Origin: Curvularia clavata
Lineage: Eukaryota
Assembly: GCA_023920165.1 (NCBI GenBank)
Contig: CP089281.1
Coordinates: forward strand, 930,001 to 994,000
Reading direction: 5' to 3'
DNA: 64,000 nt
Under the pieces are notes generated by a model. The model did not search any database, was not told the DNA's origin, and was given only the letters and a program-made list of their open reading frames with translations. This document shows positions 25,259-36,942 of this stretch, in pieces. The position numbers and the translations under genes are program-made. Position 1 is the first letter of the stretch; each line of letters opens with the position of its first letter.

Positions 25259-27492
25259 CTATTCCTCCACTTTCAAATGATACGTCGCCAACTGATCCCG
25301 AGTCATCTGATTCGGACTCTTAACAAGCAGATCCTCGCCCCTACCGCTCTTAGGGAAAGCAATAACGTCTCTGACACTCTCCTTGCCACACATGATAGCC
25401 ATCAGCCTATCCCAACCAAGTGCGATACCCGCATGCGGCGGACACCCGCTCCTCAGCACATCGAGCAAGTGTCTGAAGTCCTCGATCCGCTCAGGCTTCA
25501 TCTTGAGGATGTCTCGGAAGATGAACTCTTGCATGGGCGCTGAGTGAATACGGCGACTTCCGCCACCGAGCTCGACACCGTTTACAACAATGTCATAGTG
25601 TGCTGCTGTGGCGGATGAGGGTGAAGTAAGAAGGAGATCAACATCAGCAGGAGTTTTCGGAGCCGTGAAGGGATGGTGTGTGGATGAGAAGCCTGCTGTA
25701 CCGCCCTGGCCTGGCTCGCTGTCGCTCGAAGGTGTAAACAAGGGGAAATCTGTTATCCAGAGGAACCGGAAGTCGTCCTTTGCCGGAGGCTCCACAAGGC
25801 CTTGGGCGATGGCTGCTTTGTGCAGTGCCAGACGCAGGTTTCCGAGCATAGTTGAACCACCAGAAAATGGCACATTCGGCCGTGCTTGTAGGATCAGGAG
25901 GTCACCGCTTTCGACTGCGAGTGCTTCCGGGCCTTCCATCACGAATTGGTAGCCTAGGGGACCAAGGCCCTGCATGGGCTTGGAAAGGTCGCCAATGAAG
26001 ACACCGGGTTGGCCGTCAGGGTTTTCGAGGTATGGTTTACCATCTGGACTGTCGAGGAAATTGGAGATGAACTTTCGGGTTACCTTTGGATCTTCGGATA
26101 TGGAAATCTTCACTGTATCTACAGCTGGGTCCTTAAGTGGAGTGATCTTGCCAATCAGATCAGCAGTTAGGTGCTGTGTGATGTCATGTATCTGTCGTTG
26201 TTAGATTGAGATCAGAATTCGGGTATTCATGTCTTACCTTCGAATTGTAGCGCAAATCTGGTTTATCAGATCCGTATGATGCCATTGCATCGTGATATGT
26301 CATTCGTGGGAAATCCTCAGGAGTCTTTAAGTTGAGCACACGTTGCCACAGCTTCCTTAACAGCCTCTCCGTTTCTCTCATGACGTCTTCCTCATTGGCA
26401 AAAGACATTTCCATGTCGAGCTATTGGTCGTTGTTAGCAGAGGCTGAAGTACATACCTAGAATTACTTACCTGAGTGAATTCAGGCTGCCTGTCAGCCCT
26501 GAGATCTTCGTCTCGAAAGCATCGGGCAAATTGGTAATACTTCGTAATGCCGGAAGCCATAAGGATCTGCTTGTACTGCTGCGGGCTTTGTGGCAGAGCA
26601 TATGCCAGTCCCTTGTGTCGTGTTGGCACGAGAAATTCTCGCGCGCCCTCGGGCGTTGACTTGAAGAGAACAGGAGTCTCAATCTCTTTCCAGTCAACTT
26701 CATTCAAAGTCAACCTTGCTCTAGCCATGGCCTTCGACCTCAAAAGGAGATTGGAACGTAGCTCCGAGTCTGTGCGAAGCTGTAGGTGTCGCTGCTCTGG
26801 TCCAAATACAGTATCATTCTTGATGATGATATCATTGGGGATTTCGTTGAGCGTCTCAACATGTGATACAGCAATTTCCCGAGTGGTAACCAACTTCATA
26901 CCAAGGAAATGGTCGTCTTTGGCTGGTCTGCGCTCAGCAAGCTTGCCTCTTACAATGACTGGAGTCCACTCCTTTAGCGACCGGAGTCTTGCATGTGCAT
27001 TGGCTTCTTCTCCTTCGGCGTTGTTGGATACTAGCTGGATACACGATGTTTGGTTTTTGTTGCGAAGCATGGTGAAGGAGAGCTTATTGCTGACATCTCG
27101 TCGAGTACTGAGGTACCCAAAAATCTCAATGCTCTCGCCAGGGTCACTTTCGGCTAGTTTCCCATCATTCCAAGCACTGTCAAGCTTCTCCCATGACGAG
27201 GATCGGACTAGGTTCGAATAAGTGCGGGGACTTGATAAATTGTAGTAAACATACTGGTCGCCTTGAAGTCGTCCAGTGTCTTCCTGGGTTCACTGTCCGG
27301 TTTCAAACTCTCCAAAGTTTGCTGCTGGGTTTGATAACATCGTAATGAGGTTGTCAAACATGATGTTAGGCGATTTGGCGTGATCTCGTGATTTCGTGCT
27401 CTGAAAAAACGAGATATCTCAACGTAGGAATTGCGCAAGCATATGTTCCGAGTGACTACATGCTTAGAAGCATGCAAAATACTCATAGCCAT
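25259..27492 (-). CDS. MSD1: Mitochondrial aspartyl-tRNA synthetase
   Basis: Multi-exon; basic presequence-like N-terminus; IETPVLFKSTPEGAREFLVP, ALPQSPQQYKQILM, CFRDEDLRADRQPEFTQ, HHPFTAP, GVELGGGSRRIH, PPHAGIALGWDR, VRDVIAFPKS. Confidence 0.95.
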
Positions 27493-29191
27493 TGATGCCA
27501 GTCAACTAACTTGGAATATGTCTGGAGGCAAAGATGCTGGTCTAATGCTTTCGGTACCAAATCTCGATATGGTGCCAAGGCTGATATGCGACCAGTCCAC
27601 ATACGGACTAGCCTAAGCATCGACCACCCGTCGCAGCTTCAAAATCTTTCCGTAGCCCTGGCCCGGCTTTCTCTCGCTATCCCTCCAGTTTATAACATGT
27701 AAGCCGCTCTATTGCAACAATCTCGAGAAATCGACTAACACAAGCCCCAGATGATGAAAGCCTAGTGTGTATCAGCTGAGCAGCTCTCCGCATCCGCCTT
27801 CGAACTCTCCCCTTCGGGGGCTTAAGTGGTTCGCTGGTGGATGTGGATGTGGCTGCATGACTTCCGCGTCCGGCACACCCACCTTGTTACATAACGGACG
27901 CTTTGACGGCATCTCTGATTCAATAAACTGGTCGGTGTCAATACTATCGCGATCGCGCGCGCATCAACAATTCCGATTACGAGCATAATGTTTGGCTCAA
28001 AGGGATTATCACAGCGTGGAGGATGGTCGTGTACATAACACTTGATAGGTACAATGAAAAAGTTTGCTGTTCTGCATGGTGCACCTGTGCTGGGTGATGT
28101 TGGAGGAATTTAAGAGGTTGTAGCCACAAAACATTCGCCAAAATTACTGCGAGAGGTATTGGAGTTTCCAATCTCTTACCTACTCTCCGAGACGGCGATA
28201 TATGAACGCAGTGTCAATTACCCCTTCACTATTTTTACATGGAAAAAGGGGCGTAACACATTTGCAACATACCATTACGAACGCGAGTTCGTATGCATCA
28301 CGAGGCTGTTTTAACTTCAGCTCAACTCAACCATGAGTCTGGGTGATATGTATATATTCCTATACGAGCCTGCAAAAGAGTCTCCACAGTTTTTATTGCT
28401 AGCCAAAATTCATCAATGACGAGGCTGAGTCGCCTTTGGACAGTCAATGTGTAAAGCAGCATTCCCAGTTAATCCGGTAGTGACATCATCTCCCCTACTA
28501 AATGGGTGTATATTGTATCGCGCCACGATGTCTACTCAGTGTCTGATCCAAGCCCTGATTAACTCAAGCAGAGTAGTCAGAGAAAGGATGGACATCAGAA
28601 GAACTGGAGTTTTGGTTGATTTTCCTGGAGATTGCGTGGAGCATTCTTGATCTGTCGTATAAAGCTGCTCTCGTCGACCATGACCGCTGGGACCTCTGCG
28701 CACTGGGTTGTATTTATATTCGACCGCTTGTACCTTGGGCGCTAGCAACCCAAGACTGTGTTGCACCGCCAGATAAAGGGCGCCTGTCAATACTCTAGTG
28801 TTCGGCGCCGCTTTTGTGATCGTTACTTCGTTAAGATTCGCACCTTCAGCGTATACCTGAAATATCATGCCCCGGAAGAGTCCGAAGTAGCTTAACAGCT
28901 GTCAGTGATATGAAGCTATCGAAAGATGATTATTTGCTGCCTTGATCACAGGATCGCACAGCATTGAGCCAGATACCAGACTGAACAGAGCCCAGTGAGC
29001 TTTCCATACCCTCTACTCAAAGAGCGAAGCTATTCATAGCAGGAGTAAAATCTCTGGAAAAACGTATTCGATAGAATACAAGGTTCTTGAGAATGGTTTT
29101 AGTAAACAGTAGACTTGAGATCAGCAGTACGCAATGCCTTGTTATTGAAACATGACATCAAGTTACCACTCTCTAAGTGCAACTACATATT

Positions 29192-32100
29192 TTATATGAG
29201 TGAGTCGGGCACCGTATTATCCCATATATTTGCGCTCACAGGCTTTGACTCGAATTCCTCCCTATCCACTTTAGGCGTAGACATGCGTTGACGAAAAGGG
29301 TTTTTTGTTGACTTCGAAGACGCAGAAAAGACTGAGGGCGACTTGGCTGAGCTCTCGTCCCTACTTGTGGTGAATACCCAGTCGCTATGGTCACTATCAT
29401 CACGACGACGGCGAGTGGCTGTGGACGTCACAGAACTCTCTCTATCTTCTGTGTCGTAGTTGTTATCGTCCAAGTTCGTAAAGTCCTCGTCTGCCGAATA
29501 TGCAGAGGGTGTGTAAGGCGTCGATGGCTGATTTGCTTCACGGTGCCGAGTGTCGAAACGGTAAGCCGATTTTGGTACTTGGTAGGCTACTTTGTTGAAA
29601 TGGCCTTGAAGCCCACGATACATTCGTCGCCAGTGGTTCTCGCTTATGAGAAATGATCTTTCCACAAGATTCTCAATGTCGTGCTGAGAAGTATCAGACT
29701 CAACTCTATCCACTCGTCCCTGCTTTACTTACATAAGTCAACCGTCCATCTAAAACATAATTTCCGCTATCTGTGGCCTCATGTCTCAAGCCCAGCTCAA
29801 TGAGTGCATATTCATGCACAATAGATTTGTGTATGAGAACTGATTCCTTAGCAGAAGAGCCAGTGGACTGAGAAAACTGAGGCTTGTAATCTGGACTGAA
29901 AAAATAGGCGTGGATGGGTTGGCTCCCATAAAAATGGGTCTGGCCCTTTTCTTAAGGGATATTAGTACAATTTATGGAAACGGCTTTGAAGAGTCCTACC
30001 GGAAGTCCGCACATACTCTGGTCTCCACCCGACTTGTCTCTTCGTCAACAGGAGCTCGCTTCCTATTGTGAGCATTGGCGCTTCCCAGAAAATGGTACTT
30101 CGTACCAAGCGGTCATCTGAGTCCCCGTGGTTGTATGGTATCAGTTGGCTGCCATGTTCGTATTCTGGATCCTCAAACACTGCATCAATGCCTAGAGAAG
30201 CTAGCGATGACTGGAGCGTCGCCATCTCTTTCGATTCTCTATTGGCTTTCGCTGGGAACACGATCAGCTGTTGGGAAAATCCTGTTGGATTAGGTGTATT
30301 TGCAGTCCCTATTGATGCACGTGAAGATTGCATTGATGCAGTGGAGCTGTGTAGACTATCACGTCGCGAGTGCCGTGGATGCTGATGCTGAGCTTGCCGT
30401 TGTTTGTGGTCAATTCCTAACTGCGCAAATCCGTGCTGAAGGCCTTTTAGATGAGATGAAGATGTGTGGAATGGATTCCGTTGATCACTCATGTACTCTG
30501 TGACATCAACACTACGGTTGCCTTCAGCAATGAGTGTTCGGCGTACTGGTAGTTGGGCATCTTGTTCTCGCTTCGCCTGTTGCTCTTGCATTTCGCGCAG
30601 CTGATCTTCGTAACGGTCCAGTTCCTTTTTGTGATCACGTTTGAGCTTTCTTAGTTCTGTGGCCATAATTGTGTCGGCTCGTTGCTGTGTTTGTCTTTCT
30701 GCCTCTTCCTTTGCAGATTGCAAAGCAGTAATCTCCTTAGCCACTGTATCTCTCGCTTCCTTTACTCTTTCCTCAGTTTCTACTTGCCACAAACGCCGTA
30801 GTTTTTTCTCTTCATTCCTTAGTTCATCCACAAGGGTTTCGAGCTGTTTCAGTCGTTCTTTGTCCTTATCGTGCATGGATTGCATCAATTTTGTTTGTGC
30901 CTCGGTTGCTGTATTAGCCCGCTCCCGTTCACTCTGTAGTTCACGCTCCTGCTGCGTATGGAAGAGTTCCATCAGTCTCAAGAAGCGTGGTTCACTAGCA
31001 TCGAGCTGTTTGTTCTGCTCTCGTCTTTCTAGCAGATCCTCTACAGCAGTCATGATAGCCTTCTCTTTTGCGGCGATCTCGGTGCTACTGGGATGTTCTT
31101 CAGGGGGACGAGGAGGGGGAAGATTGTCATCTGTAGACGGCGCCTGTGCATGAGGCACAGGTGCTGGCCGTGATTGTGGCCGTGGGTACTGCGGGTGCTG
31201 CGGGTGTTGAGGAGGTACAAAAGCATGATTAGGAGAAAATTCAGAAGGCGTATTAGCCCAGTCAGCAGCTGGACTGAAGGGATTTGGCGGCCTTGGGTCA
31301 AACGTTGAAGATTGCGTCCCATAAATTGGATCCTGCCATGAGGGTAGATATCCAGACCTGACAGGATACGGGTCGGAACTGGGACCCGTGGAGTTGGAGA
31401 AGCCTCGGCTAGGTGTACTTGCAGTGGAAGCAGCCCAACCACTAAGGGGAGGATTGATTCTGGATGAAGTGCTGTCATCGTCACGGTATGAGTGCCTTAC
31501 ATGATCTGGACGTATTTCATACCGAGGCCGTGGAGGGGAGTGTACATCCGATGATTCGTGCGATGGGAATCGCACCCGCCGCTTTTCTCCTGACTTTCGA
31601 CTAGTGCTACTGCTGGAAGTTGCTCTACCAGATCTTGGATGGCGAATTGCTGGGGAGTCTCCTGTTCTAGAGAGGAACGGACCAGCGCTTGATTCTCCAC
31701 GGTTGCGATGGTTTTCGCTGGTGTTGGGAGAATTGTACGTTGGCATGCTGCTTTCGCTTAGGTAATCCTGCTCCCAATCGCTGTAAGTCTTTTCATCTTC
31801 TTTCTTTGCTTCTTCAATATTTCTCAACAGGCCTTCTCTCCATTCGTCGCCATCTTGGTTGGCTGCACTGCGTGTAATCTGGTCCGGGGAGAGGGTAGTC
31901 CAAGATGAGAGAAGCCTATCTACCACTGAACTGGGCTCTGTTTGTTTGTTCCACACAATCATGGCCTTTTCGTCTGTATCTGCTTTTGGTATGTCGAGGG
32001 TCTTCTCTTCATCAGACGAAACAGACACATCAGTAACAGATGCCTGGTACAGTCTACGGGTTTGCGAATTTGTCTCAGGCGGATAGGGAATATCCAGACT

Positions 32101-32849
32101 GAACACTAGATGATACAACCATGTGGCAGTGTCGAAAGAGTCCTGCTTCCATATGTCCAACCCTACATTGGCATATGGTAGCTTTTCGGCCCTGCTGTCC
32201 TCGTCGTCTTGTTGTGCATTTTCCACCACTTTTCGGTTGGCTTGGACGGCACTCTCCACCACCTTTCGAAATCGATTAGGCTTTGACGGAAGCCCAGCTA
32301 AGGTACTGGCACCGGTCTCGGAAAAGCTGTTTAAGTAAGCGGGTGAGTACAGTTCGATCAGATCAAGGACCTTACGAGCGCGTAAATTCCTCTCTTGCAA
32401 GGCGTATAATATTCAGTTCCAAAATGAGTGCAACTTTTATACCTTCAACCTTTTTCATAAGCCCCTTTGCTTTAGGCTTATTGAGGTACCATTGGAGACC
32501 AGCCAGCTTCTGAGGTGTGTCGATGAGTTTCTTGATTTCAGCATCTACCTGTTTGTAACGGGATATAATGATGTGGGTATTCTTGAAAATCGCCGGCCTG
32601 CAAACATTTCTATTGATGTCAATGACATCTGCAAGCGTCTGCAGGCTTTCGGAAATCGAGGAGAGTTCCTCCGCTGTGATTTTGAGAAGGCTAACCAGTA
32701 AATACAGGGCCGGACTACCTACCGATCTCCGCAATCTGTTTAGGGGCGTTCTTGAGTGTCTGCACCACACTAAACAGGGCAAGTGAGACTTGAGCTGCGC
32801 TGGCTCCGATGGTGATGACAGACGCAATGAGGCCCACAACTTCAGCCAT
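29192..32849 (-). CDS. Large hypothetical protein (~1150 aa): HeLo-like fungal N-terminal helical domain, disordered Pro/Ser region, coiled coil
   Basis: Five exons splice in frame (introns 32674-32722, 32327-32375, 29951-29999, ~29684-29732). N-terminus MAEVVGLIASVITIGASAAQVSLALFSVVQTLKNAPKQIAEIAEELSSISESLQTL...LQWYLNKPKAKGLMKKVEGIKVALILEL resembles fungal STAND N-terminal domains; no P-loop seen. Confidence 0.75.
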
Positions 32850-33474
32850 TGGGGTATGCGACGATGCGAACGATGGTTCTGCAACCGTGAAGAATGGGAG
32901 GATGGCCCAGTAGCCACAGGATATAGCCTCGCAGCTTACACAGCCTCCACATGGTCTCGTTTGGGGGCCAAACCTGAGAGTTATCGGTTTGCTGCAGGCT
33001 GACCAGCATCAACTGGGCGATAGAACCGGTGAGGTGGCGCAGTAAGATATGCAATTACAAACAGTCTCGTCTAGAGGTATGCGATATGCAAGCCAGCACT
33101 GTTGCCGAATGGTACGGGACGAGCACGGTTCGGAACCATTGGTTCGGCCGGTAGGCTGAATGTCAGAACAAGGAACGCGGTGGGTTCACATGGTCCCGGT
33201 AGCAAGGTGTTCTTAGTAGCAAGGCAATTCTTGAAGGCGTAATTCTTAAGAAGACACAGAAAGGCTCTGGGCTAGTAACATTCTTTCGGCCAACATGATG
33301 GCTGATGGCACTGTGTGAGCTTTGGAGTGTGTGGCTTGCAAGTGGGATGGCCAGTATTAATGGGTGGTGGCTGAGTGGCTGGTGCAGCGGGGGCTTGGCA
33401 CCGCGTGCATGTGCCTTCCAAAAGTTCACCATCGCCCATGCCCGCCGTTTGCTGAAACTCAGTCCAATGCCGCC

Positions 33475-34986
33475 ATGAGCTTCCGACCAACGCTGCTACA
33501 GCCAATTGCAGTCCGGGACAAGAGTTCAGTATGTATACAATGCTGGCGGAGCCTCGCCAAAATCCCGCTCCGGCCGCGACAGGCATTCTCCGTGATTTCA
33601 TCGTATAGAGCGAGTGCGGCGACAGCTGGAAAAGACGGCAATGCTTTCAGCAAGGGTTACTTCCGCGCGAATCCTTTGCTAAAAGACTCTTTCTGGAGAT
33701 CTACCCACGATTTACAGAGTTCAATTGCATCGATACGGTCTATGAACGGACGGCAATCGAATAAGGAACATGTCTCGGCTACAGCAGAAGAGGTGCTCCC
33801 GCATCGACGGCGAAAGAAAGCGAAAGAGCAGGTAGCGGAAGATCCAGAGACAGCATATCCCATACCGCACGATGCCTCGGCGAAACTGGCAAACATATCC
33901 TCGACCCTCCCGAATCAATCTCTCAAGCGGTTATTGGCCACATATCTTTCTCTGTCGAAGCCGCGCCTGTCCTTCCTCGTCGTCCTCACCGCGACCGCCG
34001 CATACTCTTTATACCCCGTACCTGGGCTGCTAGCACCGGCAGCAACCGCCGCGCCCTCCCTCTCCACCCTCACCCTCTTTTTCCTCACATCAGGCACTGC
34101 GCTATGCTCGGCCTCTGCAAATGCTCTCAACATGCTCATGGAGCCCGAGCACGACGCTAAAATGAGTCGTACACGAAATCGGCCGCTCGTCCGGAAGCTC
34201 ATCAGCCCACGGGGAGCCATTGCCTTTGCGATTGCATGCGGTGTCATGGGTACGGGCGCTCTCTATTACGGAGTCAATCCCACTACTGCTTTTCTTGGTG
34301 CAGCAAATATTGTACTCTATGCGGGCATATACACACCAATGAAGCGCATGCATGTGCTAAACACGTGGGTTGGTGCAGTCGTAGGAGGAATTCCTCCATT
34401 AATGGGCTGGACGGCGGCAGCGAGCCAGTATGCACACGACGGCACCTGGGAGGAACTTTTGTTCGGAGAGGGCTCCGCTGGCGGATGGTTGTGCGCTGCG
34501 CTTCTGTACGCCTGGCAGTTTCCTCACTTCAACGCGCTCAGTTGGTCTATCCGCGACGAGTACAGGAATGCAGGGTATCGAATGTTAGCCTGGGTGAACC
34601 CTGCGATGAACGGTCGCGTGGCGTTAAGATATGCTATACTAATGTTTCCGATTTGCATTGGTCTTTCATACGCCGGTGTTACTGACTGGAGCTACGTGGT
34701 TACGAGTAGTGCTGTCAACGGCTGGATGGCATTGAAAGCTTGGCAATTCTGGAAGGCTCAGGGCCACAAGGGAACAGCAAGGGGTCTGTTCTGGGCTAGC
34801 ATCTGGCATCTACCCATCGTCATGGTTCTGGCTATGGCTCAGAAGAAGGGACTGGGAGAGCGCCTCTACCGAAGTGTATTTGGGTACGCAGACATTGACG
34901 AAGAAGACCTCTATTATGAGGCTGGCGAACTCGAAGAGGAGGAGCAAAGGCAGCTGGCCATTGTCGAAGGCGCAAAGAGGGTATGA
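33475..34986 (+). CDS. COX10: Protoheme IX farnesyltransferase (heme O synthase), mitochondrial
   Basis: LSKPRLSFLVVLT, SASANALNM..EPEHDAKMSRTRNRPL, YTPMKR..NTWVGAVVGGIPPLMGW, WQFPHFNALS..IRDEYRNAGYRM; intronless. Confidence 0.96.
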   Translation: MSFRPTLLQPIAVRDKSSVCIQCWRSLAKIPLRPRQAFSVISSYRASAATAGKDGNAFSKGYFRANPLLKDSFWRSTHDLQSSIASIRSMNGRQSNKEHVSATAEEVLPHRRRKKAKEQVAEDPETAYPIPHDASAKLANISSTLPNQSLKRLLATYLSLSKPRLSFLVVLTATAAYSLYPVPGLLAPAATAAPSLSTLTLFFLTSGTALCSASANALNMLMEPEHDAKMSRTRNRPLVRKLISPRGAIAFAIACGVMGTGALYYGVNPTTAFLGAANIVLYAGIYTPMKRMHVLNTWVGAVVGGIPPLMGWTAAASQYAHDGTWEELLFGEGSAGGWLCAALLYAWQFPHFNALSWSIRDEYRNAGYRMLAWVNPAMNGRVALRYAILMFPICIGLSYAGVTDWSYVVTSSAVNGWMALKAWQFWKAQGHKGTARGLFWASIWHLPIVMVLAMAQKKGLGERLYRSVFGYADIDEEDLYYEAGELEEEEQRQLAIVEGAKRV

Positions 34987-35391
34987 GGATATACCCTAAA
35001 AACATGAGATCCTTTGGAGACTCGTATCGTCTTGCTTCGGTGGACGACGACTCCGTGGTCCAAGCAATGACCGCATTTCTCAATCTTCACTGTACTGTAT
35101 TATATGTTTCAACACGGATCAATGTGGCTGCACGTAATGAATCAGGCCTCGTCGCCGTCATCAATGACATTCATGTCACCTTTCTAAACTCTGTCGGCTA
35201 TACGTTCATGTATGATTATGATTTGAATACATGTTTACAATCTTGAGGTGATCTCAGTTCAAGACTACCACCCGTCTCTTTGCCACAGTACTTAACGCTA
35301 CACAAGGGTTAGGGCTATTCTAACCTTGCGTGTTTTTCCGAGTGTCCCTTAACTCCATACGGAACCGAGCGGATGGTCGAAACTAAGTTTA

Positions 35392-35413
35392 CCCCCCCCC
35401 CCCCCCCCCCCCC
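35392..35413 (+). repeat. Poly-C homopolymer (22 nt)
   Basis: Uninterrupted C run about 240 bp upstream of the GH93-like gene. Confidence 0.9.
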
Positions 35414-35655
35414 AATGTCCTTACAGGCGGTCAGCCGGGGGGATTTATAATATATGCACATCTCATCTGAAGATTAGGTTCGTAGATGAGATCTTGGATC
35501 TTGTGTAAGATTGAAGGAAGGCTTACCATATACAAAGTTCGACATAGTAAACAATGCAATGGTAGATAAATCTAGCGGACTACCGCACTCAACAACATCC
35601 ACTGTCAATTCCATTGCCCCAAAGTCGAGCTTTGGCTCAGACAGATTCCTCTAAC

Positions 35656-36869
35656 ATGAAACTCTCTACAAGCGTTCGAGTAATTGTTGCTAGCTTCTTT
35701 AGCAGTGCAATTGCATATCCTTCCACTTCCCAGAATGTCCCTCAACCCTGGAGCTTCTTCATCAACAACACCATCTACCAAACCGTCGGCAACCAAAGCA
35801 TCACCTACCCGCGCTATGTCGAACTTCACGACGGCACCATCATCGCAACCGCATCTCTCATCGGCCCCTCACCTAGCTACTTCCCTATATTCGAATCTAC
35901 AGACGGCGGCGCAACATGGACGCACGTCTCTGATCTCTACGACACTGTCAACGGCTGGGGCATGAGTGCGCAGCCCGCCCTCGCCGTCCTACACTCACCC
36001 CTAGGTGATTTCCCAGCAGGCACGATCCTAGGCAGCGGCAATAGCTGGGGCCCCAATGCTTCGAGAATCGATCTGTATGCTAGTCGCGATCAGGCGCGCA
36101 CCTGGGAGTTTGTCAGTCATATTGCGGAGGGAAAGCAGCCAGGGAGCAACTCTGCCATCTGGGAGCCGTATTTGATGTAAAAGATCCCTCCCTACATACT
36201 ATACCGTTTTCAAGTGTTTAGGCTAACGCAAATACCAGGCAATACAAAGATGAACTCATAGCCTACTACTCGGACGAACGCGACACCGCACACTCGCAGA
36301 AGCTGTCGCACCAGACGTCCTCCGATCTCAAGACATGGGGCCCCGTTGTCGAAGACGTAGCATACGACGAAGTCTCGTACCGCCCCGGCATGACCATCGT
36401 AGCGTATATCCCACCAATTGAGCAATGGATCCTCGTGCATGAAATAGGGACCGGCACGCCACTGGACGGGTACGGCTACCCCGTCTACTATGTCATGGCT
36501 GATTCGCCGCTGGACTTTGCCTCGAGCGAGGGCCAGCCGATTGTACAAGGTGATAAAGCAATGGGATCAAGTCCATACGTTGTTTGGAGTCCCGCTGGTG
36601 GAGAGAACGGCACGATTGTGGTCTCGGATGGGTCGCAGAGGCGAGTGTTTACGAACACGTTTGGTGGGCAGCCGGACAAGTGGGAGGGGCATATGACGCC
36701 GGCTGGAGTGACGTATTCGCGTGCGATTCAGATTCTGAAGGGAAGGCCAGAGCATCTGATGGTCTATGGGGGCGAGACGTATTCGAATATTCATGGGACA
36801 CTGCACACGCCTTTCACAGCGACGGTGGTGAATCTGACGCAAGTGTTGGAGGCACCGTTTGATGGGTAG
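35656..36869 (+). CDS. Secreted BNR/Asp-box glycoside hydrolase, GH93 exo-arabinanase-like
   Basis: Signal peptide, TYPRYVELHDGTIIAT, Asp-boxes STDGGATW and SRDQARTW, IWEPYL, YYSDERD...QKLSHQTSSDLKTWG, RPGM, SSPYVVW; intron ~36177-36238. Confidence 0.88.
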
Positions 36870-36942
36870 TTGTACAGTATTTATTTTGGACTACGCCTAG
36901 ACAAGTAGTTTGCTACGCTGCGTATACTTGCATACGCTTCTC

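Noticed and set aside
27900..29100. Possible further decayed gene (short ORFs 28536-28868 and 28616-28798)
   Set aside because: No recognisable motif in the frames I translated; BLASTx would be needed.
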